DNA from: Lysobacteraceae bacterium
GTDB lineage: Bacteria; Pseudomonadota; Gammaproteobacteria; Nevskiales; Nevskiaceae
Length of the DNA: 64,000 nt
Assembly (NCBI GenBank): GCA_013823855.1
Contig: PNMW01000055.1
Span: 234-64,233, forward strand
Reading direction: 5' to 3'
Every line of letters begins with the position of its first letter. Within the stretch, counting starts at the first letter, position 1. The position numbers and the translations under genes were made by a program. Below the pieces are notes generated by a model that saw only the letters and a program-made list of their open reading frames with translations, ran no database searches and was not told the origin of the DNA. Positions 38,867 to 48,725 of this stretch are shown here, in pieces.

Positions 38867-39862
38867 TTAGCGTTTCTGGAGTGTCGGGAAGCGTTCGGCG
38901 ACCAGCCGGCGGCGCTGTTCGGGGTCCTGGATCGCGGCCACGGTCTCGACGACATCACGCGTCAGGTGCGGCGCGAAGCGCTGGATGAAGTCGAACATGA
39001 AGCCGCGCAGGAACATGCCCTGGCGGAAGCCGATATGGGTGGTGCTCTGTTCGAACAGGTGGTCGACGGGGATGCTGATCAGGTCGGCATCGAGCGTCTC
39101 GTCGTGCGACATCGACGCGACGATGCCGATGCCGAGACCCAGGCGCACATAGGTCTTGATCACGTCGGCATCGACCGCGGTCAGGACCACATCGGGCCGC
39201 AGGCCCTGGGCGGCGAAGGCCTGGTCGAGCTTCGAGCGGCCGGTGAAGCCAAAGGTGTAGGTGATCACCGGATAGGCGGCGATCTCGGCCAGCGTCAGCG
39301 CCTGCGGACGGTCGCGGAACTGCTGGGCCAGCGGGTGCTCCGGCACCACCAGGATGCTGCGGTTCCAGTGGTAGCAGGGCAGCATGACCAGGTCGTCGAA
39401 ATGCTCCAGCGCTTCGGTCGCGATCGCGAAATCGGCCGTGCCTTCGGCGGCCTGCTTGGCAATCTGCGGCGGACTGCCCTGATGCAGGTGCAGCGCCACC
39501 GACGGCCAGGCCTTGCGGAAGCCGCCGATCACCGGCGGCAGCGCGTAGCGGGCCTGGGTGTGGGTGGTGGCGACGCTGAGGTCGCCGCGATCGGCGGTGC
39601 GGAATTCCGAGGCGATGTTGCGGATGTTGTCCGCTTCCAGCAGCAGTCGGCGCGTGTATTCGAGGATGCGCTTGCCGGCCGGCGTGATCTCCGAAATGTG
39701 CTTGCCGTTGCGGATGAAGATGTCCACGCCCAGTTCCTCCTCGAGCAGGCGCACCTGCTTGGAGACGCCGGGCTGCGAGGTGAACAGTGCTTCCGCCGCG
39801 GCCGTGACGCTGAGGCCGCGTTTGGAGATTTCCATCACGTAGTGAAGCTGACGCAGTTTCAT
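38867..39862 (-). CDS. cysB: LysR-family sulfur regulator CysB
   Basis: MKLRQLHY...FTSQPGVSKQ, ATTHTQARY, YTFGFTGRS, DADVIKTYVRLGLG. Confidence 0.93.
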   Translation of the reverse strand: MKLRQLHYVMEISKRGLSVTAAAEALFTSQPGVSKQVRLLEEELGVDIFIRNGKHISEITPAGKRILEYTRRLLLEADNIRNIASEFRTADRGDLSVATTHTQARYALPPVIGGFRKAWPSVALHLHQGSPPQIAKQAAEGTADFAIATEALEHFDDLVMLPCYHWNRSILVVPEHPLAQQFRDRPQALTLAEIAAYPVITYTFGFTGRSKLDQAFAAQGLRPDVVLTAVDADVIKTYVRLGLGIGIVASMSHDETLDADLISIPVDHLFEQSTTHIGFRQGMFLRGFMFDFIQRFAPHLTRDVVETVAAIQDPEQRRRLVAERFPTLQKR

Positions 39863-39917
39863 GACTGCATGTCCCTTTCAATGTTGTTGTCGGCGAGATC
39901 GGGCGCTTGCCGCGCGA

Positions 39918-40529
39918 TCAGCAGAACGAGGCTTCGGTCGCGCGGTAGACGCCGTCGTGACCTTCCAGCGACAGCAGCTTGCGATCGACCCAGCGGGCGT
40001 TGCTGAGCCAGAGACCATTCCAGTCGAGGCCGTCGGCGCGGTGCAGCAGTTCGATGCGGCCCTCCGCCTCGTCGAGAAACACGATCCGGTTCTGCGGCCC
40101 CAGCCAGGCATCGAGGATGTGGCGGAAGTCGCGGTCGTAGATCAGCCGGCGGCGGTTGGCGAGGAACGGCCCGAGGTAGTCATGGACCAGATGCCAGGTA
40201 TCCGAGCGCCCCGGCAGCCGCAGTTCGACATTCGCGGTGCCGTTGTGCATCAGGTACAGCCCGTGGCTGAGCTTGAACGGATGCAGGTTCTCGGCGTGCG
40301 AGGAGCCGCGGGTGCGACGCCGGAAGTGAAACGCGCAATTGCGTCCGGCGAACTGGTCGGCGAGCCGTGTGGCCAGTTCGACATCGGCGAAACCGCTGCG
40401 CTCGATGCGCGGCTTGCCATGGGCATCGAAGCCCATGAAGCCGAAGCCATCCGGGTTGTACTCGGCAGCGGATTGCAGGAGCGCGACCGGCGTGGTCGCC
40501 CCCTCGGGCTGATGAATGATCAGGCACAT
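39918..40529 (-). CDS. Stand-alone class II glutamine amidotransferase (Ntn-hydrolase) family protein
   Basis: N-terminal Met-Cys; NPDGFG, HFR, ENLHPF, MHNG, SDT motifs. Confidence 0.8.
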   Translation of the reverse strand: MCLIIHQPEGATTPVALLQSAAEYNPDGFGFMGFDAHGKPRIERSGFADVELATRLADQFAGRNCAFHFRRRTRGSSHAENLHPFKLSHGLYLMHNGTANVELRLPGRSDTWHLVHDYLGPFLANRRRLIYDRDFRHILDAWLGPQNRIVFLDEAEGRIELLHRADGLDWNGLWLSNARWVDRKLLSLEGHDGVYRATEASFC

Positions 40530-40573
40530 GGCGGCGGGCTCGAAGGCGAAGGAACGCGGCGCGGATCGCCGGC

Positions 40574-40789
40574 TCAGATCTTCGCGAGCATCACTTCGGT
40601 GGCCTTGAAGACCGCCAGCACTTCCGAACCGACCTGCAGGTTCAGGCTCTTGATCGAGCGCGTGGTGACGATCGAGGTGACGATGCCGGATTCGGTTTCG
40701 ACGTCGACTTCGGACACGACCGGACCGAGGACGATCTCGACGATGCGGCCGGGAATCTGGTTCCTGCTGTTGATCGCGTGGATCACCAT
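40574..40789 (-). CDS. ssuF: TOBE-domain molybdopterin-binding protein, SsuF-like
   Basis: AINSRNQIPG...SEVDVETESGIVTSIVTTRS...FKATEV; GGAG RBS; located in a cysB cluster. Confidence 0.75.
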   Translation of the reverse strand: MVIHAINSRNQIPGRIVEIVLGPVVSEVDVETESGIVTSIVTTRSIKSLNLQVGSEVLAVFKATEVMLAKI

Positions 40790-40840
40790 CACTTGCTCCA
40801 ATGACGCCAGGGGTTAACGGAGCGTGAGGTTACGGGGGGA

Positions 40841-40897
40841 TGTTTAGTATTTAAAGAAATATAAAATGCTTTTTATATGCCTTTATATCGAAAAAAT
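40841..40897 (-). promoter_or_regulatory. AT-rich putative CysB-binding promoter of ssuF-GATase-cysB
   Basis: Near-pure AT block in a ~69% GC context, directly upstream of ssuF. Confidence 0.55.
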
Positions 40898-40938
40898 TCG
40901 ACCGAAACGGCGAGGTCGCGGATGCCGCCGATGCAGGC

Positions 40939-42393
40939 TCAGGCCAGCGTCAGCCCCAGCCCGGAAACGACGCCGCGAGACTCCCCGGCCTCGCTGCGCT
41001 GGCTGTCGAGCGTCACCAGCAGATCGCGAGCAAGTGCTTGCGCTTGCTGGCGAATTTCCGGCACGGCAGTGGTTTCCCAAAGCGCGCCCTTGCGCGGCGG
41101 TCCCAGCGTGAACAGGGTCGGCGACGCGCTGCCGTCCTGCTGCTGCAGCCGGCCGCCGGCGTCGGTCTGGAGACCGAGGCCGATGTCGTCGACGCTCGCC
41201 AGCCCCTGTTCGCGCAGCGTGTTCAGCAGAGGATGGTTGAGACGCCGGTAATTGCTGTCCGGACCGGTGCAGTTGACCACCCGCTGCACGCTGCGGACGA
41301 CGACTTCCGTGCGGCCGCGCGGTCGCAGATGGACGTCGACGGCGTCGCCGCGCTCGACGAACGCCACCGGGCGGGCGGCCAGCACCTGCAACTGTCCCTT
41401 GTCGATCAGCCGTTGCACGGTTTCCAGGTTGCGTGGCGCCGCGCGATGCCGGTGGATGTCCCACCAGGTTCGCGCGTGGCGCAGGAAGCGCAGCTGCTCC
41501 GGCCGCGGCAGCCTTTGCCACAGCGTCTGTCCGTGCGGACGCAGCGCATCCATCACCGAACGCCAGTCGCCGCCGGCGGCCACGACCTGGGCGATCTCGG
41601 CCCGGATCAGCCGCATCAGCAGCCGTACTCGCGGCGCTGCCGTGCCGGGATCGAAGCCGAGTACATGGCGCGCCGCTGCCTGGTGCACACGCGGCAGCAG
41701 GCCGCGCCGCGACACCACATGGATGGCGCCGCGATGGCCGCGCTCGGCCAGCGAGGCGATCCAGTCGAGCGTGGTCAGGCCGGAGCCGACCAGCAGCACG
41801 GCGTCGTCGCGACGCAGTGAAATCAGTCCCTGCATCGACCAGGCATGGCTCTGGTACATCGGCGACGAATAGAACTGGCGGTCGTCGACCGGTGGATCAG
41901 CCGGGCCAGGATTGCCGATCGCCAGCACCACGCGATCGGCGTCGATCGTCGTGCCCGACGCCAGTCGCAGCGTCGTCCGTGGCGGGATCGCGGCGAAGCC
42001 GGTGACTTCGTCCTGGACGATTTCCAGACGCACATCGCGCTGCGCCTGATCGGCGGCGGCGGCCAGCACGTCACGCAGGTACTGCCCGTAGAGGCGGCGC
42101 GGCATGAAGGCGGCCGGATTGACCAGGGCGTCGTCGCCTCGGTATTCGGCGAGCCAGCGCAGGAAATGGCCCGGCTGATCCGGAAAGGCGCTCATCCCTT
42201 CGGCACGGACGTTCAGCAGATGCCGGTCCGACTGCTCGCGATAGGCGATACCGGCACCGGCGGTCTCCGCGCGCTCGATCAGCACGACCCGCAATGGCGA
42301 CCTGGCTTCCCTGAGCAGGTGGGTCGCGACCATCGTGCCGCTGAAACCCGCGCCGACGATGGCGATGACGGGGCACGGTGCGCGTCTGGTCAC
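40939..42393 (-). CDS. FAD/NAD(P)-binding protein (YdhS-like)
   Basis: IVGAGFSG, HLLNV, VGSGLT, WWDIHRHR, VNCTGP, LWETTAVPEIR; GTG start inferred. Confidence 0.85.
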   Translation of the reverse strand: MTRRAPCPVIAIVGAGFSGTMVATHLLREARSPLRVVLIERAETAGAGIAYREQSDRHLLNVRAEGMSAFPDQPGHFLRWLAEYRGDDALVNPAAFMPRRLYGQYLRDVLAAAADQAQRDVRLEIVQDEVTGFAAIPPRTTLRLASGTTIDADRVVLAIGNPGPADPPVDDRQFYSSPMYQSHAWSMQGLISLRRDDAVLLVGSGLTTLDWIASLAERGHRGAIHVVSRRGLLPRVHQAAARHVLGFDPGTAAPRVRLLMRLIRAEIAQVVAAGGDWRSVMDALRPHGQTLWQRLPRPEQLRFLRHARTWWDIHRHRAAPRNLETVQRLIDKGQLQVLAARPVAFVERGDAVDVHLRPRGRTEVVVRSVQRVVNCTGPDSNYRRLNHPLLNTLREQGLASVDDIGLGLQTDAGGRLQQQDGSASPTLFTLGPPRKGALWETTAVPEIRQQAQALARDLLVTLDSQRSEAGESRGVVSGLGLTLA

Positions 42394-42439
42394 GGCTGTT
42401 CCTGGCTGGAGGGTCAGCAGGATTATGAAAGCCGACAGC

Positions 42440-42510
42440 AGTGGAACGTATGACCAAATAAGGCGATGGAATAAATGCATATAGTTCTTTTTTGAATAAG
42501 AACCACAGCA
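42440..42510 (-). promoter_or_regulatory. AT-rich regulatory region upstream of YdhS-like gene
   Basis: TTCTTATTCAAAAAAGAACTATATGCATTTATTCC on the minus strand; its first 10 nt are identical to 23361-23370. Confidence 0.45.
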
Positions 42511-42728
42511 AAGCAAGCTGATTGGCATCAAAGCGACAAGCGTTCGTGGCGGTCTCGCGCCAGCGCTGCGTTTGAGGGCGCGATGCGGCACGTGTCGCTC
42601 CGGCGATCGTTCGCGAGCGGCACCTTCGGTCAGCGGCGGGCAGCGCGACGCCGTTCGCTGCAGCCAACCCCGCGTCAGGCGCCGAGCCGCCGGCCGCCGT
42701 TGCGGGCGGCCGCGGGGTACCGCGCCAC

Positions 42729-43376
42729 TCAGGCCGCCTTGCGTTCGATGACGGGCGATGACGCCGCCGCCCGCGACGGACGCAGCGCGACGATGCCGAC
42801 GCCGAAAGTGCGCGCGCGCTTCCAGAATGCCGGACGGCCGGCGCCCTGCCTTGCGATCGGCCGCCCGCCGGCGGGCGCTGTGGCTTCGGCCCGCTCCGGA
42901 ATGTCGAACAGGGTGACCACGGCGTCCGCCTCATCGCTTGACAGCAAAGGCAGCAGCCGTGCCGTCGGCGATCGCGGCTATCCGTGGCATGCCAGCCGCT
43001 CGACCATGGGGGCGGTGGCGGTTCTCCACAGCAGCCTGCGGCTGTCCGGCGCCAGCACATCGACGAGCCGGCCGTCGATCGACACCCGCGCCATTTCATC
43101 GACCTCGGTCTCGATGACGACAAAGGCGCGACGGATCGAAGTCTCCATCGACTCGATCAACTGCTCGGCATCGCGGCAGGAATAGACGGGATCGGCGATG
43201 TTGCAGATCCGCAGGTCCAGCGGCTGATACTGGCCGAACAGCCGGGTGACGCCCGGCCGCAGCACGCGCGGCGCGCGCTGCTCGCGGTACAGCAGGCCGC
43301 GCTGGCCTTCGCCGATGGTGATGGTCCTGATGCCCAGCAGGCGGGCGAGCTTGTCGCTCCAGTCTCCGATTCTCAT
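42729..43376 (-). pseudogene. Slipin/SPFH-type N-terminal region, interrupted by in-frame TAG (42978-42980) and lacking the SPFH core
   Basis: TITIGEGQRGLLY...VLRPG and IDGRLVDVLAP...LLW repeats; the ORF continues in the same frame after TAG. Confidence 0.5.
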
Positions 43377-43423
43377 GACGCCGATGTCCGCAAGGTTTGA
43401 TGGCAGCGCGAATGCCGATAACG

Positions 43424-43455
43424 AAAAAGCCCCCGGGAGCTGCACTCCCGGGGGC
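43424..43455 (-). terminator. Intrinsic terminator/attenuator in the leader of the slipin-like gene
   Basis: 11-bp stem GCCCCCGGGAG/CTCCCGGGGGC followed by T5 on the minus strand. Confidence 0.75.
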
Positions 43456-43507
43456 ATTCGCAAGCCTTGGGGAGACCGGGTGGACCGATCTCCGATGTTC
43501 CGGACGA

Positions 43508-43627
43508 TCAGTCGACAGACAGGGTTTTGACGACGAACAGCTGCAGCGGCAGCACGACGGCACGCGGATTGACGTCGACATTCGTCCACGCGCAAGCCGG
43601 GCCGGCGGCCTGGTGCGTGCAGGGCAT
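43508..43627 (-). other. Putative 39-aa leader peptide
   Basis: MPCTHQAAGPACAWTNVDVNPRAVVLPLQLFVVKTLSVD*, ending ~50 nt before the terminator. Confidence 0.35.
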
Positions 43628-44053
43628 CGAATGGAGCGGTCGGACGTGCATGGGTCAGTGGAGTGCGTGCTGCGACAAGTGCAGTTGCGGGGCGACAGTG
43701 GAGTCGTACCCGGAGGCGCGAAGCGTACGTCGCCGCGATGTTGCAGTGCAAGCATGCACGAGCGCCTGGGCGGCCTGATTGGCTAGGGGCGTCGTGGCGT
43801 TGCGCGTCGCGGATCGTCGGTGCCAATCCGGCCGTTCGTCGCGGCCGCAACGCCATCGATGACGACTGCCGCCAGAGTGACGGGACAGCGTCGAAGCCCG
43901 GTGCTTCGTGGTCCCGAGGACCGGCCAAGGTGTCGACCGGAGTACAGACCGCGCCCGGTCGGCGGCGCAGTTGGTGTTGCACCGGATGGCTGGCGCCGTC
44001 ACGACCGTTCTTCTGCCAGCTGCCGCCGCTGGTCCTGACGCGCACTGCGGCCA

Positions 44054-44080
44054 TCAAGTTTTCTCGCCCTGGACCGCTAA
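44054..44080 (+). promoter_or_regulatory. Sigma-28 (FliA) promoter of fliC
   Basis: TCAAG-N14-ACCGCTAA. Confidence 0.65.
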
Positions 44081-44189
44081 GCCCTTCAACGGCAGACACG
44101 CCGGAACGAAGCAAGACAAGGGCAGCACGCGGTACCCCTCGACATGGTCAAGAAGCCTGCCGAGAGCCACTTACTTAGGAGAATTGACC

Positions 44190-45341
44190 ATGGCCGCAAT
44201 CATCAACACCAACGTGGCGTCTCTGAACGCGCAGCGCAATCTGTCGTCGTCGCAGAGCAGCATGAACACCTCGCTGCAGCGCCTGTCCTCGGGCCTGCGC
44301 ATCAACAGCGCCAAGGACGATGCCGCCGGCCTCGCGATCTCGGAGCGCTTCACTGCGCAGATCCGCGGCCTCGATGTCGCCTCGCGCAATGCCAACGACG
44401 GCATCTCCCTGGCCCAGACGGCGGAAGGCGCGCTCGGCGAAGTCACCAACAACCTGCAGCGCATCCGCGAACTCGCCGTGCAGTCGGCCAACGCCTCGAA
44501 CAGCGCCACCGACCGTGCCGCTCTGCAGACCGAAGCCGCGCAGCTGCTGTCGGAAGTCGACCGTGTCTCGAACCAGACCAAGTTCAACGGTGTTGCGCTG
44601 ATCGACGGCAGCTTCACTTCGGCCGTGTTCCAGGTCGGTGCCAACGCCGGCGAAACCATCACTGTCAGCTCGCTGGTCGACGCCAACACGGCGGCCCTCG
44701 GCTCGGTGACCTCGGCCAGCGCGCAGTCGAGCGCGGTATCGGGCATCAGTGTCCTGACCGCCCCGGTGGCCGGCACGCTGACCATCAACGGCACCGACAT
44801 CTCCACCCAGATCGGCGCGGCGGGCACCTCGCAGCAGCGCGTCGGCCAGGTCGTCGATGCGATCAACAACAGCTCGACCACCACCGGCGTCAACGCGGCG
44901 TTCGATGCCTCGACCGGCAAGATCGTGCTGAGCTCGGAAGCGAACATCACCGTCGGCGGCACCGATGACGGCACGGCCACCGGCTTCGACGGCGCCACCG
45001 GCGTCACCGGCACCGCGACCACGACCACCGGTCTGACCTCGCTGGACCTGTCGAGCTACGCCGGTGCCTCGCTGGCGATCAAGCAGATCGACTCGGCGCT
45101 CGGCCAGGTCAACTCGGCTCGCGCCACGCTGGGTGCGATCCAGAATCGTTTCAGCTCGGTGGTATCGAACATCGCATCGACCTCCGAGAACATGTCGGCG
45201 TCGCGCAGCCGCATCCAGGATGCCGACTTCGCGAAGGAAACGGCGGCGATGACCCGCGGCCAGATCCTGCAGCAGGCCGGTACCGCGATCCTGTCGCAGG
45301 CCAACTCGGCGCCGCAGAACGTGCTGAGTCTGCTTCGCTAA
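44190..45341 (+). CDS. fliC: Flagellin
   Basis: [51 protein letters not shown]; AGGAG RBS. Confidence 0.97.
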   Translation: MAAIINTNVASLNAQRNLSSSQSSMNTSLQRLSSGLRINSAKDDAAGLAISERFTAQIRGLDVASRNANDGISLAQTAEGALGEVTNNLQRIRELAVQSANASNSATDRAALQTEAAQLLSEVDRVSNQTKFNGVALIDGSFTSAVFQVGANAGETITVSSLVDANTAALGSVTSASAQSSAVSGISVLTAPVAGTLTINGTDISTQIGAAGTSQQRVGQVVDAINNSSTTTGVNAAFDASTGKIVLSSEANITVGGTDDGTATGFDGATGVTGTATTTTGLTSLDLSSYAGASLAIKQIDSALGQVNSARATLGAIQNRFSSVVSNIASTSENMSASRSRIQDADFAKETAAMTRGQILQQAGTAILSQANSAPQNVLSLLR

Positions 45342-45365
45342 GTCGCAAAGGGTAGGGCGGGGCCA

Positions 45366-45418
45366 GGTGTCCGCGTCGCAGGCCTGATCGGGGACTGCGG
45401 CGCGGGCACCGGGCTTTT
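45366..45418 (+). terminator. Stem-loop after fliC (terminator or mRNA stabiliser)
   Basis: GGTGTCCGCGTCGCAG / CTGCGGCGCGGGCACC stem with G-U pairs, followed by TTTT. Confidence 0.55.
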
Positions 45419-45435
45419 ACAACGAGGACGTGTCC

Positions 45436-45816
45436 ATGTCCGTGCAAACCAGTTCTGCCGTCAGCGCGATCCAGGCCACCGTGGCCGTGGATCGCTTTGG
45501 CGTTTCCGCCAGCGTGCCGAACTCCGGCCCGGTGGTCGGTCTTTCCAGCGTCGATCAGCCGGCCTCACTGGCGGTCACCGACGTCGCCCCCGAGCCGGCG
45601 CAGCTTGCGCAGGCCGTGGACGATCTCAACCAGCGTTTCAAGGACGGCCGTACCGATCTGCGCTTCAGCGTCGACGAGGACAGCGGCCAGATGGTGGTGT
45701 CGATCGTCGACGCCGCCGATGGCAAGGTGCTGCGCCAGATGCCGACCGAGGAAGCGCTGCGGGTGGCCAAGGCCCTCGACAAGGCGCTGGGCACCTTGAT
45801 CGAGCGCGTCGCCTGA
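45436..45816 (+). CDS. flaG: Flagellar protein FlaG
   Basis: LRFSVDEDSG...VLRQMPTEEAL; between fliC and fliD. Confidence 0.88.
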   Translation: MSVQTSSAVSAIQATVAVDRFGVSASVPNSGPVVGLSSVDQPASLAVTDVAPEPAQLAQAVDDLNQRFKDGRTDLRFSVDEDSGQMVVSIVDAADGKVLRQMPTEEALRVAKALDKALGTLIERVA

Positions 45817-45841
45817 TCGTCCGCACCACGGGAGCTTCTTC

Positions 45842-47173
45842 ATGGCAGCCATCACTTCGGCCGGCATCGGCTCCGGACTCGACGTCGCCAGCATCGTGTC
45901 GCAGCTGGTTGCGGCCGAACGCGGCCCGGCCGACCAGCGGATCTCGATCGCCACCACCAAGGCCAACACGACGATCTCCGCGCTCGGCAACTTCCGCTCG
46001 CTGCTGGCCAGCCTGCAGACCGCCGCGAAGGCCCTGCTGCCCGGCACCACCGGTACGCCGAGCGGCCTGGGCAAGCTGACCGCGACGCCGGTCAACACCA
46101 CGTATTACACGGCCAGCGCCGAAAGCAAGGCGGTGGCCGGCAACTATTCGGTCGAAGTGGTTTCGCTGGCCGCCGCGTCGAAGCGCGCCAGCGATCTTTA
46201 TGCCTCGAGCGGCGCGACGGTCGGCAACGGCGACGTCACCATCTCGGTCGGCAGCAATTCGTTCACCGTCAGTCTCGCCGATGGCGCCAACACACTGGCC
46301 GACCTGCGCGACAAGATCAATTCGGCCAGCGACAACAAGGGCGTCGGCGCGGCGATCGTGTCCGACGCCGGTGGCGCCCGCCTGCTGCTGACCAGCCGCA
46401 CGACCGGCACCGCCAACGCGGTGTCGGTGTCGACCACGCTGTTCAATACCACCGAGTCTCAGGCCGCCGCCGACGCCGTGGTCAGGGTCGACGGCTTCCA
46501 GACCACCAGCAGCACGAACGCGGTGACCACGGCGGTCGACGGCCTGACCCTGAATCTGGTCAAGGCCGAGCCGGGCACCAGCACGGCGCTCAATGTCGCG
46601 CTCGACCAGAAGGCCTCCGAGGCAGCGGTGGCAACCTTCGTCAACGCCTACAACAACGTCGTCAAGTTCATCGGCACCCAGACCAAGTACGACGCCACCG
46701 CGCAGACCGCCGGCGTGCTGCTCGGCGATTCCACCGTGCTGTCGGCGACCCAGGCCTTGCGCAGCGTGATCGGCGGCAGCACCGAATCGGCGGGCAACTA
46801 CAAGACCCTGTCGGCCCTCGGCATCAAGACGTCCAGCGATGGCACGCTGATCTCCGACACCTCGAAGTTCAGCAAGGCGGTCAGCACCGACTTCGCGGCC
46901 GTGCAGCGTCTGTTTGCCGCCGAGGACGGCATTGCCACCAAGCTCGATGCATTGGCCAAGACCCTGCTGGCCGACGACGGCCAGATCAAGGCCAAGACCG
47001 ACGGCCTCAATGCCCGGATCAAGGATCTGGGCAAGCAGCAGCAGGCGGTCGATACCCGCATGGCCGCCTACGAGGCGCGCACCCGGGCCCAGTTCACCGC
47101 GCTCGACACCCTGATGTCGAAGCTGGGTTCGACCAGCACCTATCTGACGCAGCAGCTGGCGAACCTGGTCTGA
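45842..47173 (+). CDS. fliD: Flagellar filament cap
   Basis: AGIGSGLDVASIVSQLVAAE...QFTALDTLMSKL. Confidence 0.95.
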   Translation: MAAITSAGIGSGLDVASIVSQLVAAERGPADQRISIATTKANTTISALGNFRSLLASLQTAAKALLPGTTGTPSGLGKLTATPVNTTYYTASAESKAVAGNYSVEVVSLAAASKRASDLYASSGATVGNGDVTISVGSNSFTVSLADGANTLADLRDKINSASDNKGVGAAIVSDAGGARLLLTSRTTGTANAVSVSTTLFNTTESQAAADAVVRVDGFQTTSSTNAVTTAVDGLTLNLVKAEPGTSTALNVALDQKASEAAVATFVNAYNNVVKFIGTQTKYDATAQTAGVLLGDSTVLSATQALRSVIGGSTESAGNYKTLSALGIKTSSDGTLISDTSKFSKAVSTDFAAVQRLFAAEDGIATKLDALAKTLLADDGQIKAKTDGLNARIKDLGKQQQAVDTRMAAYEARTRAQFTALDTLMSKLGSTSTYLTQQLANLV

Positions 47174-47348
47174 AGGCTGCGCTGGCAACCGAGCCGACGG
47201 TGGTCGGCCGCCTGTTGTCGCCCCCGCGCCGGAGCGCGGAGACCCGGAGTGCGGCAGTGCGCCGGGGTCGCCGCCGCCAGTGTCCGGCTCCGATCCACCC
47301 GAAGTCGGCCGATGGTCCGGCGATGCCTCGAATCTCCGGCGCGCGGGC

Positions 47349-47375
47349 TCAAGAAAAGCGCACCAGCGCCGTTAT
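47349..47375 (+). promoter_or_regulatory. Sigma-28 promoter of fliS
   Basis: TCAAG-N14-GCCGTTAT. Confidence 0.65.
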
Positions 47376-47402
47376 CTCCATCACTGAAACCCGGAGCGCG
47401 AC

Positions 47403-47804
47403 ATGGCCCATTACATGAACTCGGCGATGAACCAGTACCGTCAGACCGGCATCGCCGCAGCGACCGTCGAGACCGATCCGGTCAGGCTGATCGAGATGCT
47501 GCTCGGCGGCGCCATCGACCGGCTGGCCTGCGCCCGCGGCGCGATGCTGCGCCGGGAGCGCGAGGCCAAGCATCATTACCTGGGCGCGGCGATCTCGATC
47601 ATCGAGCATCTGCGCCTGGTCCTCGACCTGAAGGCGGGTGGCGAGCTTGCCGGCAATCTGGCGCGGCTCTACGACTACATGCTGGGACGCCTGCCGGCCG
47701 CGAACCTCGCCGACGACCCGGCGGCGGTCGATGAAGTGATCGCCCTGCTGCGCGAGATCAAGAGCGGCTGGGAGGCGATGCCGAAGAGCGCGCGTCCGCA
47801 CTGA
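47403..47804 (+). CDS. fliS: Flagellin export chaperone
   Basis: PVRLIEML, GGELAGNLARLYDYM, EIKSGW. Confidence 0.93.
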   Translation: MAHYMNSAMNQYRQTGIAAATVETDPVRLIEMLLGGAIDRLACARGAMLRREREAKHHYLGAAISIIEHLRLVLDLKAGGELAGNLARLYDYMLGRLPAANLADDPAAVDEVIALLREIKSGWEAMPKSARPH

Positions 47805-47891
47805 CCGTTCGGTGCCGGCGTTCCGGCTCCGGTCGCTGGCCTGCGGCTTGCACGGCAGCCCCGTCGTGTCGCCACCGGGCCGCAGCTGATA

Positions 47892-48449
47892 ATGACCACT
47901 CCTGAACTTCCCGCCGCCGCGCTGATCGGCGCGCCGAGCTACGAGGCGGCGCTGCCACTGGTCTGGACGCCGCTGGCCGACAGCGTCGGCGGCCTGCGGC
48001 GCGAGCAGTACAACGACGACAACCTGCGCGTGCTCGCCGCGGTCGCGGTGCTCGACGAAACCCGCACGCCGAGCGCCAACGACGAATCGAGCGCCATCGA
48101 TGCCGAGATCGGCCGCCTGAACCAGAAGCTCAACCTGGTCATCGACCTGCTCGGTTTCCTGGTCGCCCAGCAGGCGGCGACCCGGCCGCCGGCGCGGGTG
48201 CGCCTGTCCTGGCAGGGCGCGGTGTTCGCCGGCCCGCAGGCGCTCGGCGAGACCGGCCTGCTCAGCCTGGGCCTGCATCGCGGCGTGCCGCAGCCGTTCA
48301 TCTGGCCGGCACGGATCAGCCATGTCGACGGCGAGGAACGCCATGCCCGCTTCGCGCCGTTCGGCGATGCGCTGCAGACCGCGCTCGAACGCCATATCTT
48401 CCTGCGCCACCGCCGGGCGATCGCCGGCACCCGGCGCAGCGGCGGCTGA
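47892..48449 (+). CDS. Atypical PilZ-domain protein
   Basis: LNQKLNL coiled coil, LSWQG, LERHIFLRHRR; syntenic position after fliS. Confidence 0.7.
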   Translation: MTTPELPAAALIGAPSYEAALPLVWTPLADSVGGLRREQYNDDNLRVLAAVAVLDETRTPSANDESSAIDAEIGRLNQKLNLVIDLLGFLVAQQAATRPPARVRLSWQGAVFAGPQALGETGLLSLGLHRGVPQPFIWPARISHVDGEERHARFAPFGDALQTALERHIFLRHRRAIAGTRRSGG

Positions 48450-48488
48450 ACACTGGAAGCGGTCATACCGCAGTGATACCGTCGCGCC

Positions 48489-48725
48489 ATGAAGATCGCG
48501 ATCTCGGTGCCTGAACCGGTGTTCCGCGCGGCCGAAAAGGTGGCGCGGCAGCAGAAGAAATCGCGCAGCCAGCTGTATGCCGATGCCGTGGCGGCCTATG
48601 TTGCCCACCACGGTGACGACGGCATTCGTGAACAGCTCGATGCGCTGTATGAGCAATCGCCATCCGCCGTCGAGCCGGGCCTTGCGGCGGTGCAGACGCG
48701 GATCCTGCCCGATGAAACGTGGTGA
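48489..48725 (+). CDS. RHH antitoxin (ChpI/MazE-like)
   Basis: MKIAISVPEPVF...SRSQLY; overlaps the toxin start. Confidence 0.8.
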   Translation: MKIAISVPEPVFRAAEKVARQQKKSRSQLYADAVAAYVAHHGDDGIREQLDALYEQSPSAVEPGLAAVQTRILPDETW

